Source of the DNA: Mobula hypostoma
Lineage: Eukaryota
Assembly: GCF_963921235.1 (NCBI RefSeq)
Contig: NC_086109.1
Coordinates: 33,110,001-33,170,000, forward strand
Length of the DNA stretch: 60,000 nt
Direction: 5' to 3'
Shown: piece after piece, positions 12,400-23,035 of the stretch
How the letters are laid out: each line of letters starts with the position of its first letter
Numbering within the stretch: position 1 is the stretch's first letter
Program-made: the position numbers and the translations under genes
The notes under the pieces: model-generated
Databases searched by the model: none
Told to the model about the DNA's origin: nothing
Seen by the model: the letters and a program-made list of their open reading frames with translations, nothing else

Positions 12400-14050
12400 A
12401 GCCGGTAGAAGGGTTTAAAATGAGAGAATCAGTTATACTTACACGTTTATCTATTTATTGGACATATTAGGCCCCACCCGGCATCTGTTCAGTTAATACG
12501 CATGATACTGGAATCTGTAGGGAGTACACTTGTCTAGAAACAGTGCCGCATATATTGTTTGCAGCCCGGAATGTGCCAGTTGGCAGCACCTTTTCCGCGG
12601 ACGTCTCGATGTGCTGGGAGATCAGCAAGTTTCGAGCCAACCCAAAGAGCGTCCGCATAGTTGATCTGCCAATAGCACCGGATGTTTGTGTCTCCTTGTG
12701 TGTCCCTGAGAACAGCCGCTAAATGAGAGAGTCCTCTATCGTGCAGCTGCTCGGGATCAAATGTGACACAGGTCCTTTCATCTTTCTTTCTCCAGACCCA
12801 CTTTGTGAACCCACAGTCTGCAAAGAGCTGAGCTACTGTCTCTTTCCCACGACTGTCATCCCGCGGCTGCTGGCGTGGGGGTGATACTCTGGGGATCTGA
12901 CTGGGAGCGCCTGTCTCACCGCCAGCCAGACAGGGTCTTGGTGCCTTTTGGTGAGGCTTAGTGATGAGGTATTTTGCCAGATGGTCTGGACTGTCTCTCT
13001 AGTCCCTTAGCTCCGGGGTCAGCAGCTGAACGCTCAGCTTCCATGCCCCACCCCTCTGTCGGTGACAGGAGACTCAGAAAAGGCAGTAGTCGGAGAAGAA
13101 GAGGATGTCGATCGGGAATCCGGGCTGGGTCGTCCAGTCGTGACCAGGTAGATTGTGGTACCGTTGTGCTCCGCCTGCAGTGGTGTTGAAGGCGTAGGGC
13201 GTAGCGCGACTTGGCTATTTTAATTGTTTCCATCAGGAATCTGAGGTGCTGTCCAGCCTGCTGTCGGCACTACCAGTTCGTGCAGCCGCATCAGTGATTC
13301 ATTTGAAGTCACCGGCCAGAACAACCGTCTAGGACGTCGCCAACAGCGGCGGAATCTACTCGCGGACGGCCAGCCACTCACTCCGCACAGTTAAGGAGTA
13401 CACATTAATTAGCCGGAGCGGAGTGTTTCGGTGCATTACGTCTGCCACGAGGAGGCGATCCCTAGCCACCTCTTTGACCTGGGTGATTGAGAAGTTGGCT
13501 CCCCGGAGCAGAATCCCTAGGCTGACGATCATCGCCGCCCAACCACAGAGACAAACCATGGGGCCACCATCGCTATTGCCTCCGGTAGTTGTGGAGATGT
13601 GGTAGCTCACACTCCTATGAGAAAGTCACATCGGCCAGATACTGCAAAGCGTTGAAACATCGCGCTGTTCTCTTCACACTGTGTACGTTCAAAGATGCCA
13701 GTTTTAAGTCCATAATTAGTTCTTGGTGAAATCCTGCTCTTTTTACGGGCTCGGGTACTGACGATAATCCTCCCCCACGTGTGGCGATGCCGGTGGTGTG
13801 ACTGGTGGGAGGTTGGCCGCTGGTCACCTCTCTGGGCTGGGAGACTGCCAGACGCTGCTCTGCTCTCGGACTCTCCGAGCTGGGGGTGATGGCTCCTGTG
13901 CTGCTCCCGGTCTCCCGGAGCTGGTGTTGACTGGGCGCAGTGCTCACTGGAGTGCGGAGGCATAAACTCTATTAGCTGTGCCGCCTTGCAAGCTCGCAGC
14001 TAAAATCCCCTAATCCCCTGAATCCTTCTGGTAACCCTTTTCTGCATCTT
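12400..14050 (-). mobile_element. Tx1/L1-clade LINE remnant, internally deleted
   Basis: ORF2 start MDLKLASLNVHSVK at 13713; EN motifs LRLINVY, LAGDF, TWSR and FFSDYCL; C-terminal IWQN..LTKRHQD and ARNLLISQHIE; CpG-rich. Confidence 0.8.
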
Positions 14051-15389
14051 CTCCAAGACCCTCATAGAGTCATTGAGCAAATCTCGTGCATGCCAGCTGG
14101 TGTTCCGCCTCGCCACATCGACCCACAAATGGAACATAGCCTCCATATCTTCCCCCACACCCCGCATCCGTGTCCGTCCCGATCATAATCGCACAAAATT
14201 GCAACGAAAAAAAGAGCAACTGGAAAGCAGAAACACACCATAACATCAAGCATAAAGTCCAGTCCTCAAACCGTGTCAATTAAACCTTGACCCGAGACGC
14301 CAGCAGCAACAAGGGAGGGGGAGAGAGAAACCGATCGAACACAGGCACCTTCCTCCGGGAGTAGCAAGCAAGAGGCCCGTCACTCGCAGGCAGACGCCGC
14401 TGAACACCCGCTCTCGTCCCCCTTGGTGTCAATCTTCCCTGGCCATTAATCGGCGAGATCAACTAGAAATGGGGGCGAAGCTGATTCTATGTTCCCGAGT
14501 TTGATTCCATGCTCCCAATTAATTGATCAACCCACCATCTATGGGATTTTGGAGAAAACTTGAACACCTGGAGGAAATCTACACAGTGACATGACATTCA
14601 AAGGTCGGGATTGCGGGAGATGCGAGGCAGCAGCCCCACTCGGTGCACTAAAATACCATGTTCATTTTCATTATTCGGCACACTTTCAATCCTGGTGTCA
14701 TTGATAAGTTTAGAAGTGTTACCCCACGCTTCTATGTAATTAACATATACCAAAAATCAATTATACTTAAACCCATACATGAAGAACATGGCAGTCTTTC
14801 TCGTTCATACTGAAATACGTACGTCTGCCTTGCAATCTGCCCTTTTAAGCCAATTTCCTATCCATGCGGCCAGTGGTATTTTAAATGGGCTGCAGTTTTG
14901 TTATCCAATTTTTGAATGAGTCATTATCAAACCCTTCTTCATAATGCATATCAAAAATTTATAACCCAGCCCTTTGTGACTGTGCCTCATTCAACTGCAT
15001 TCCCTTTCCTCAATCACGTTAGTTCATAAAAAAAACAAAGTGCTTTAACATAATGTGCTAATTCCTGTTTTCATTCAGTTTATTAAATTAACTCCTGAAT
15101 TATTAATTTAGAATTTGGTCAGACAAATAAAGGTCAAAGCTGAAGAGAATCAAGTTCTCGTTGTCGGAGCTCATGAAAGAACGCAGCAGTAAATGTTAAG
15201 ACTTGCCCCTCGATAACTCCACACAGTGACACTTTGACACCTGTACAGTTGTTACAAGCTGGGCCTCTGGAGCTCTCACAGATATCAAAATTAAAATTCT
15301 TTGCAGCTCCAATCATATTATGATTTTCAGATGTTTAGTTAAACCTTTGCCTATCTTTAATGAAAGCTTTTTAATGTCAGTAATGATAA

Positions 15390-18300
15390 AATTCAAGATT
15401 CAAGATTTTTGTTTGTCAATCTTCAGTACACAAGTGTAGAAGAGAGTGAAATGATTGTTACTCTGGATCTGATGCAGCACAAAAACACAATAAGCATAAA
15501 GAACTCAATTAATATAAATACATCAGATTACTTTGTATACATAGACTGTTTGTATGTACATAAAGTGTTACTAGGTACAGGAGAATCTGTACATAAGGTG
15601 ACTTTGACAGGAAATGATAATGTAGTGAGGGTGGGGGGCGATGTCAAGTCAAGTCAAGTCAAGTCAAGTCACTTTTTATTGTCATTTCAACCATAACTAC
15701 TGGTACACAACATAGTAAAAATGAGACAATGTTTTCCAGGACCATGGTGCTGCATGAAACAATACAAAAACTACACTGAACTACGTAGAAAAAAAACACA
15801 AGAACTACACTAGACGACATAACATACATACAGGACAGCATAAAGTGCACAAAACAGTTCAGGCACTACAATAAATAATAATAAATAATAAACAAGACAA
15901 TATGCACAGTAGAGGGTATAGTAGGTTGGTGTCAGTCCAGGGTCTGGGTATTGAGGAGTCTGATGGCTTGGGGGAAGAAACTGTTACATAGTCTGGTCGT
16001 GAGAGCCCGAATGTTTCGGTGCCTTTTGCCAGATGGCAGGAGGGAGAAGAGTTTATATGAGGAGTGTGTGGGGTCCTTCATAATGCTGTTTGCTTTGCAG
16101 ATGCAGTGTGTGGTGTAAATGTCTGTGATGGCGGGAAAAGAGACCCCGATGATCTTCTCAGCTGACCTCACTACCCGCTGCAGGATCTTGCGATCTGAGT
16201 TGGTGCAATTTCCGAACCAGGCCGTGATGCAGCTGCTCAGGATGCTCTCAATACAACCTCTGTAGAACGTGGTGAGGTTGGGGGGTGGGAGATGGACTTT
16301 TCTCAGCCTTCGCAGAAAGTAGAAACGCTGCTGGGCTTTCTTTGCTATGGAGCTGGTGTTGAGGGACCAGGTGAGACTCTCCGCCAGGTGAACACCAAGA
16401 AATTTGGTGCTCTTAACGATCTCTACGGAGGAGTCATCGACGTTCAGCGGAGAATGGTCGCTCCGCGTCCTCCTGAAGTCAACAACAATCTCTTTTGTTT
16501 TGTTTACATTCAGAGACAGGTTGCTGGCTCTGCACCAGTCCGTTAGCCGCTGCACCTCCTCTATTTATGCTGACTCATCATTCTTGCTGATGAGACCCAC
16601 CACGGTCGTGTCATCGGCAAACTTGATGATGTGGTTCGAGCTGTGTGTTGCAGCACAGTCGTGGGTCAGCAGAGTGAACAGCAGTGGACTGAGCACACAG
16701 CCCTGAGGGGCCCCCGTGCTCAGTGTGATGGTATTGGAGATACTGCTTCCGATCCGGACTGACTGAGGTCTCCCAGTCAGGAAGTCTAGAATCCATTTGC
16801 AGAGGGAGGTGTTCAGGCCCAGTAGGCTCAGCTTTCCAATCAGTTTCTGAGGAATGATTGTGTTGAATGCCGAACTGAAGTCTATGAACAGCATTCGAAC
16901 GTACGTGTCTTTTTTGTCCAGGTGGAGAGTGATGGCAATGGCGTCGTCTGTTGAGCGGTTGGGACGGTACGCGAACTGCAGGGGGTCCAGTGAGGGGGGC
17001 AGTAGGGTCTTGATGTGCCTCGTGAAGAGCCTCTCGAAACACTTCATGATGATGGATGTGAGTGCGACGGGACAGTAGTCGTTGAGGCAGGACACTGAAG
17101 ACTTCCTCGGCACGGGGACGATGGTGGCGACATTGAAGCACGTAGGAACGACGGCGCTGCTCAGGGAGATGTTGAAGATGTCAGTGAGAATATCTGCTAG
17201 CTGGTCTGCACATCCTCTAAGCACTCTGCCAAGAATATTGTCTGGTCCAGCGGCCTTCCGTGGGTTGACCCTGCGCAGGGTTCTCCTCACATCGGCCAGG
17301 GTAAGACATAGCACCTGGTCATTTGGAGGAGAGGTGGTCTTCCTCACCGCCACGTCATTATCTGCCTCAAACCGAGCGCAAAAGTTGTTCAGCGCATCTG
17401 GGAGGGAGGCATCACCCGTACAGTCAGGTGATGTTGTCCTGTAGTTGGTGATGTCCTGAATGCCGGTCCACATGCGCCGCGTGTCGCCACTGTCCTGGAA
17501 GTGGCCGTGGATTCGCTGTGCATGTACAAGCTTTGCCTTTCTGATGGCCCGGGACAGTTGTTAGGGCTGCCTTGTCGCCTGTTCTGAAGGCGGAGTCACG
17601 GGTCCTCAGCAGCGCACGCACCTCCGCGGTCATCCATGGCTTCTGGTTAGCACGTGTAGTGCTGGTCTTGGCCACAGTGACATCATCGATGCACTTGCTG
17701 ATGTAGCTTGTACTCCTCTAAGTTGGTAGAGTCGCCATCGGTCGCAGCCTCCCTGAACATGTGCCAGTCAGTGTGCTCAAAGCAGTCTTGAAGAGCAGAG
17801 ATGGCTCCTACTGGCCAGGTTTTCACCTGCTTCTGAGCTGGTCTGGAGCGCCTGACGAGCGGTCTGTATGCTGGGATTAGCATAACAGAGATGTGGTCAG
17901 AGTAACCGCTGTGGTACGCGTCGGGAATGTTTGTGTAAACAAGATCCAACGCGTTCTCCCCCCTCGTTGAAAAGTCCACATGTTGATGGAATCTGTGGAG
18001 CACTGACTTAAGGTTAGCGTGATTAAAATCTCCGTCGACAATAAACAGTCCATTAGGGTGTGCGTTTTGCACTTCGCTAATAGCCCCATACAGTTCACAG
18101 AGCGAGCGCCTCCTTAGCATTAGCGCTGGGGCGAATGTAGACACCGACTATAATGACGGTGGTGAATTCCCGTGCAAATAAAAAGGTCTGCATCTAACAG
18201 TCACAAACTCCACTAGCGATGAGCAGTACTGTATCTGGAAACCAGCACAGAGTTCTTGCACCATTCCGTATTGATGTAAACACATAAGCCACCACCGCGA

Positions 18301-18560
18301 GTCTTACCGGATGTGGTGGGGTGGGTAAATGTGTGAAGGTGCTGATCAGCCTGATGGCTTGGGGGAAGTAACTGTTATTGTGTCTAGTGGTCCTGGCGTG
18401 GATGCTGCGTAGCTTCTTCCCTGATGGGAGTGGGTCAAACAATCCATAAACAGGGAGGGTGGGATCCTTCCTGATATTACTGGCCTTTGTCGGGCACCTT
18501 TCTTTACAAGTGTCCTTGATAGCTGGTAGGCTGATGACAGTGATGCGTTGGGAAGTTTTA
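15390..18560 (-). mobile_element. older Rex1/Babar-like 3' fragment split into 15390-15644 and 18310-18560
   Basis: Right part encodes LFDPLPSGKKLRSIHARTTRHNNSYFPQAIRLI. Left part is its 3' UTR with a (TCTTGAA)-type tail. Confidence 0.7.
15645..18309 (-). mobile_element. Rex1/Babar-like LINE, 5'-truncated, with (GACTT)n tail
   Basis: EN (GDFNH, LDLVYTN, SDH), RT ([39 protein letters not shown]) and C-terminal FFPQAIRLLN. Possible 5-bp TSD GATGT at 15640-15644 and 18310-18314. Confidence 0.9.
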
Positions 18561-18990
18561 ACCACCCATCATAAAGCCAATTGCATTGCAGAGCAAAAAT
18601 GTCCAGGAAACCTCACTAATCAAAAGTTGCGTTAAGAATGGTGAATATAGATTACCATGCTGTTTGTTAATCAATACGTAATCATATTTAGTTAAATATG
18701 AATGGAACCAAAATGGTTGGATTTGTTGTCTCAGAAACATGGTAAGGCTACAGATTCAACTTTTGACTTTGGCTTAAGATCAGAATGTACAGAAGGGTAG
18801 TTTTTGATTCTGGTGCTTCCTTAAAGCTGTGATGAGTCAGGTCGAATAATGTTTAAGTGAAAAGGAATTCAAAGGGTGTGGATCTCTGAATTCTTGAAAG
18901 ATAATCTTTCAGTTTGGGAGAATGTTCAGGGAGGTTCCCTGTTAAGATGTCTACTTATAACCAACTCAGAAAATGTAAAAATATACTCAC

Positions 18991-19079
18991 TACAAAGATT
19001 ATCAATGCACTTAAATCCATCAGGACATTCGCTGCAGGGAGTTCCTTTTTTGTACGGGTTTTGTCCAAGAACATTGCCC
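18991..19079 (-). CDS. PI16: PI16-like coding exon 4 (Cys-rich hinge)
   Basis: ttctttttcag acceptor; (P)GNVLGQNPYKKGTPCSECPDGFKCIDNLC; 89 nt; gtgagt donor; phase 2-1. Confidence 0.92.
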
Positions 19080-19144
19080 CTGAAAAAGAAGGAAATATAA
19101 TGATTGTGTTGGCAAATCATCTGACATTACATTAAATTTCTTGC

Positions 19145-19370
19145 AGCTGCCTGTAAGGAGTTTGTACGTTCTCCCCATGACTGCTTGTATTTCCTCCGGG
19201 TGTTCCGGTTTCTTCCCATAGTCCAAAGACATACTGGTTAATAGGTTAATTGGCCATTGTATATTGCCGCACGATTAGGTTGGGGTTAAATTGGCGGATT
19301 GCTGGCCAGCATGGCTCGAAGGGCCAGAGGAGCCGATTCCATGCTGTAAATCGATAAAATAAATATAAAT
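19145..19370 (+). mobile_element. tRNA-derived V-SINE/HE1-like SINE, 5'-truncated
   Basis: Core gtttgtacgttctcccc..tttcctccgggtgttccggtttcttcccatagtccaaagac, similar to 48955-49245. Confidence 0.75.
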
Positions 19371-19502
19371 ACATTGCATTATGTATGTTTTTCAATTTAC
19401 AAAAGTGCCCAATTTCCAGTGACAGTGGATTCTGGTTAATTAGGCCATTGGTTCATCAGAGGAGCCACTTATTTGGGGCAACTCTTAAAGATCAAAGTCC
19501 CA

Positions 19503-19739
19503 CTTGGTGGCACAATAATATCAGCGCCGGACTCTGGAGCAAAGGTTCCCGAGTTTGAATTCAAGTCAGGTTGAGCGTGGAACTAGCAACTCGGCCTCGT
19601 AAAACAAGAATAGCTTACTACGGAAACAACGTCAAAAGACGGTGCCCCAGTAACTCCACTGCTGAGTTAAGGGCTATTCTTCTTCTTCTTCCTCCTCTTC
19701 TTCTTCTTCTTCTTCTTCTTCTTCTTCTTCTTCTTCTTC
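19503..19739 (+). mobile_element. SINE-like element with tRNA-like head and (CTT)n tail
   Basis: B-box-like gagtttgaattc; (CTT)n microsatellite at about 19678-19739. Confidence 0.55.
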
Positions 19740-19974
19740 AGGAACAAAAACTAATTGAGAAAATGCATCTGTATTTCTTACTGTTTATGCACGTTCAATC
19801 CGTTAGGTCTAAGATGGCTCACAATTGGCTCACAATCCTTCAGTCCTATTCCCCCTCTTATTTCCCTATACAATACGCTGGCAAGTTATTCTCTCTCACC
19901 TGCCCTTTGATAGTTTAACTCTTATTTCCACAAAGTGGTAAGTAACAGTAGCCACATAACCTACCCTACCAACA

Positions 19975-20385
19975 TACAAGCATAGAACTTTACAGCACAG
20001 TACAGGCCCTTCAGCCAATGATGTTGTACCAATCTTTTAACCTACTCTTTAGATCAATCTAGCCCTTCCCTCCTACATAGCCCTCCATGTTTCTTTTATC
20101 TATGCGCCTAACAGTTTCTTAAATGTCCCTAATGTAATTGCCTCTACTACCAACCCTAGCAGAGCATTCCATGCACCAACTATACTCTGTGTAAAAAATA
20201 ACTTACCCCTCTATACTTCCCCCAAATCTGGTCAAAATTGTGCATGTTAGACGTTTCTACTCTGGGAAGAAAAATCTCTGGCTATCCGCCAATGTATGCT
20301 TCTTATCATCTTGTACACCTCTATCAAGTCACCTCTTATTTTCCTTTCCTCAAAAGCAATAAGCCCTAGCTCACTCAGCCAATCT
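19975..20385 (-). mobile_element. CR1 LINE 3' fragment, degenerate
   Basis: acagcacagtacaggcccttc 3' end and ORF2-terminal similarity to the other CR1 copies. Confidence 0.75.
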
Positions 20386-20619
20386 TTGAGACATGGGAGG
20401 AAATCAGAGTACCAGGTAGAAATTCACAAAATTATGGAGAGCAAAATACAAAATAGCACGGTGTGTATCAAACCTGAGAGACAGCAGCACTGAACATTGT
20501 GCCACCATCCTATTTTTAGTGTGAAAGTACCATATTTTTTACCAATTCTACCAAATACCATGTATCATATTTTAACATAGACTGGAGTCTGTAAAGAATT
20601 TATTAATATTTATACTTAC

Positions 20620-20729
20620 GGAGGGGAATAGTTGCACACCAAAATAGACAAGTTATTGTCAGTCAGACCTTGTAATACATCACAAAAGTGGCTGGCACAA
20701 CCCACTTTATCACTATCTGCCCAGACAAC
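20620..20729 (-). CDS. PI16: PI16-like coding exon 3 (CAP domain)
   Basis: cacag acceptor; [23 protein letters not shown]; 110 nt; gtaagt donor; phase 0-2. Completes the GHFTQVVW and LVCNY CAP signatures. Confidence 0.92.
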
Positions 20730-20944
20730 CTGTGAACATGAAAAGTTATAAAGAACAGCATGTTTATTCATTTGAAGCTCTTCCCTATGCCAAGAAAATA
20801 TCCTTAACTTTCTGACACTGCTGAGAAAAAAGAGTGCAAACATCATCATGAATCAGTTCTCACCCATACCAAGAATGCAACTTGTTCAAGCCTGAACAGC
20901 AAGTTTCTGGACAGCTGTGTCATATGTCAGGCAGGCATTGAATC

Positions 20945-21590
20945 AAGAACAACACACAAAACGTTGGAGGAACTCAGCAGGTTAGGCAGCATCAATGGAG
21001 GGAAATGCAGAGTCAACATTTCAAGTCTCAGCCTTTCACAGGACTGAGGTTAGAGAAGAGTTTGGTTGTATGAAAAGGTGGAGCAAGAGTTGGTAGGTGA
21101 TAAGTGGATCTGGGTGAGGGGATGAAAGGTGGGAGTGACAAAGGGTTGAAGATGACGCAGTGTGATTGAAAATGAAGGTGCAGCATGGAGAGAGAAGAAC
21201 CAGTACAAGGAGTGTGTTTTAAAAACGCAAACAACAGGAATTCTGCAGATGCTGGAAATTCAAGCAACAGACACCAAAGTTGCTGGTGAACGCAGCAGGC
21301 CAGGCAGCAACTCTAGGAAGAGGTACAGTCGACGTTTCAGGCCGAGACCCTTCATCAGGACTAACTGAAGGAAGAGTTAGTAAGAGATTCGAAAGTGGGA
21401 GGGGGAGAGGGAGATCCAAAATCCATGGCAATGAATTCCATAGATTCACTACCCTCTGACTAAAGAAATTCCTCCTCATTTTGTTCCAAGGAACCTCATT
21501 CTATTCTAAGGCTGTGCCCTCTGATCCTGGATCCCCCCCACTATAGGAAACATCCTATCCACATCCATTCTATCCAGGCCTTTCAATGAG
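20945..21590 (-). mobile_element. composite: old Penelope pLTR (20945-21220), young pLTR fragment (21222-21425), CR1 fragment (21425-21590)
   Basis: 21232-21422 is nearly identical to 27401-27582. The following segment translates as RRNFFSQRVVNLWNSLP (CR1). Confidence 0.8.
21327..21362 (-). ncRNA. minimal type I hammerhead ribozyme motif (PI16 intron 2, sense)
   Basis: Minus strand reads AGUC-CUGAUGA-AGG-gucucgg-CCU-GAAA-CG-UC^GACU: intact core, stem I AGUC/GACU, stem II AGG/CCU. Confidence 0.75.
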
Positions 21591-22047
21591 ACACCCAAAA
21601 CCTCCTTCACGGGGAGCAGGAGGAGAGAGAAAAGGGAGAAAGGGCAGAAAAGTAGCACTGGCTTGATATTGGAGGTTTAGAATATAACCTAGTACATTGA
21701 AGATGGATCCAAAGAAAATGCAAGTCACTGGTATTGAAATGCAGCTGCATATGGCATGGTCGGTCACTACATATTCCTTTGCAAGATCTGTTACGTGACA
21801 AGAAACCATTAACTAATGTTTTCTGATAAATCATTCCCTTTGGAAATGTTACAGAATGAACATCCTCTGTTTGATGAAGCTCCTTGGACCTGAAATGTCA
21901 TCTCTAGTTCTCTTTCCCCAAATGCTGCCTGACCTACTAAGTGTTCCTGCCATTCTCTGTTTTTATTTAAGATTTTCAGCACCTGCCATTTTCTGATTTT
22001 TGGTAATGTAAGCCTATTCATTTTAAGAGTATAATTTAATTTCATAC

Positions 22048-22266
22048 CTGGGTGAAGTGTCCACACATTTTAAGTGGACTACATTCCATTGTATCATATG
22101 TATAATTTGCAGCTTCCAAATACCATTTCTCAACAGCTAATTTCAGATCAACTGTCCCAGTAACTGAATATAAATTTTCACCAGTTTGTCCTCGGTTTTT
22201 ATTGTGTTCCCAAATACATTCCTTTGCATGCGTTAAGGCAAGTTCTTCCAAGTCATTGTCCCATTT
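22048..22266 (-). CDS. PI16: PI16-like coding exon 2 (CAP domain)
   Basis: tttttag acceptor; KWDNDLEELA..GENLY..KWYLE..CGHFTQ; 219 nt; CAG|gtatga donor; phase 0-0. Confidence 0.92.
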
Positions 22267-22369
22267 CTAAAAACAAAATAAATGAATGTATGGATCAGTA
22301 AACATGTAGACTAGTTAACTCAAAATAAGGCCACAAATCAATTCTTGATAAATAAAAATCAAGTCCGCA

Positions 22370-23035
22370 CTGTGGAAAGAGAAACCAAATTAACATTTCA
22401 TTCTCAGAGACTCTTCATTAGAATTGCAGACATGAGATAATAAAAAATGTCATTTTAAGCTGCAGAAAAGGTTGCAGGAGGAATAGACAGGACCAAGAGA
22501 ATATCTGTGATAGGGCAAGTTAAGGTCAAATGAATAAATTGGACAATTGGATGATGATTATGCTTTCTTGTCTGTGTTATGTAAATCTAATAGAAGGGCT
22601 GTGGAATCAGGTCAGGATTACAAATGGCGAGGGAAAAACTGATCCATAATAGCAGGTAGAAGACTAACAGCAGAAATGACTAGTTCTGATACAAAAAGAA
22701 AGAAAGAGTGGGTTAATTAAAGATGGAGAATGCGATGTTGTGTCTCAAAAACCACAATGTGCTCAGAAGGAAAATGAGGTATCAATGTTCAAACTTGCAC
22801 TCAGCCTCATTGTAACAATGCATAAGGCTACAAAGAGACAGATCAAGGTGAGAGTGGGATGGGGGATTGGAGTTCAAGGCAACTAAAAGCTTATGATCCC
22901 TCCCTGGAACCAAATGAATTTGCTCCATAAAGTGATAATTTGGTTGGCTTTTTGTTTCTCCATTGTAGCGGAGGATGCATTGTGACTACTGAATGTAGTA
23001 CATTAGATTAGAGGTACATATTTGCTTCGCAATTG
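22370..23035 (-). mobile_element. highly decayed Penelope-like element (pLTR and GIY-YIG remnant)
   Basis: Patchy similarity to 27830-28150 and to purine-rich pLTR sequence. Confidence 0.5.

Noticed and set aside
15134..15316. Cys-containing 60-aa minus-strand ORF as an extra PI16 exon
   Set aside because: No convincing acceptor/donor pair in phase 1-1 and no recognisable homology.
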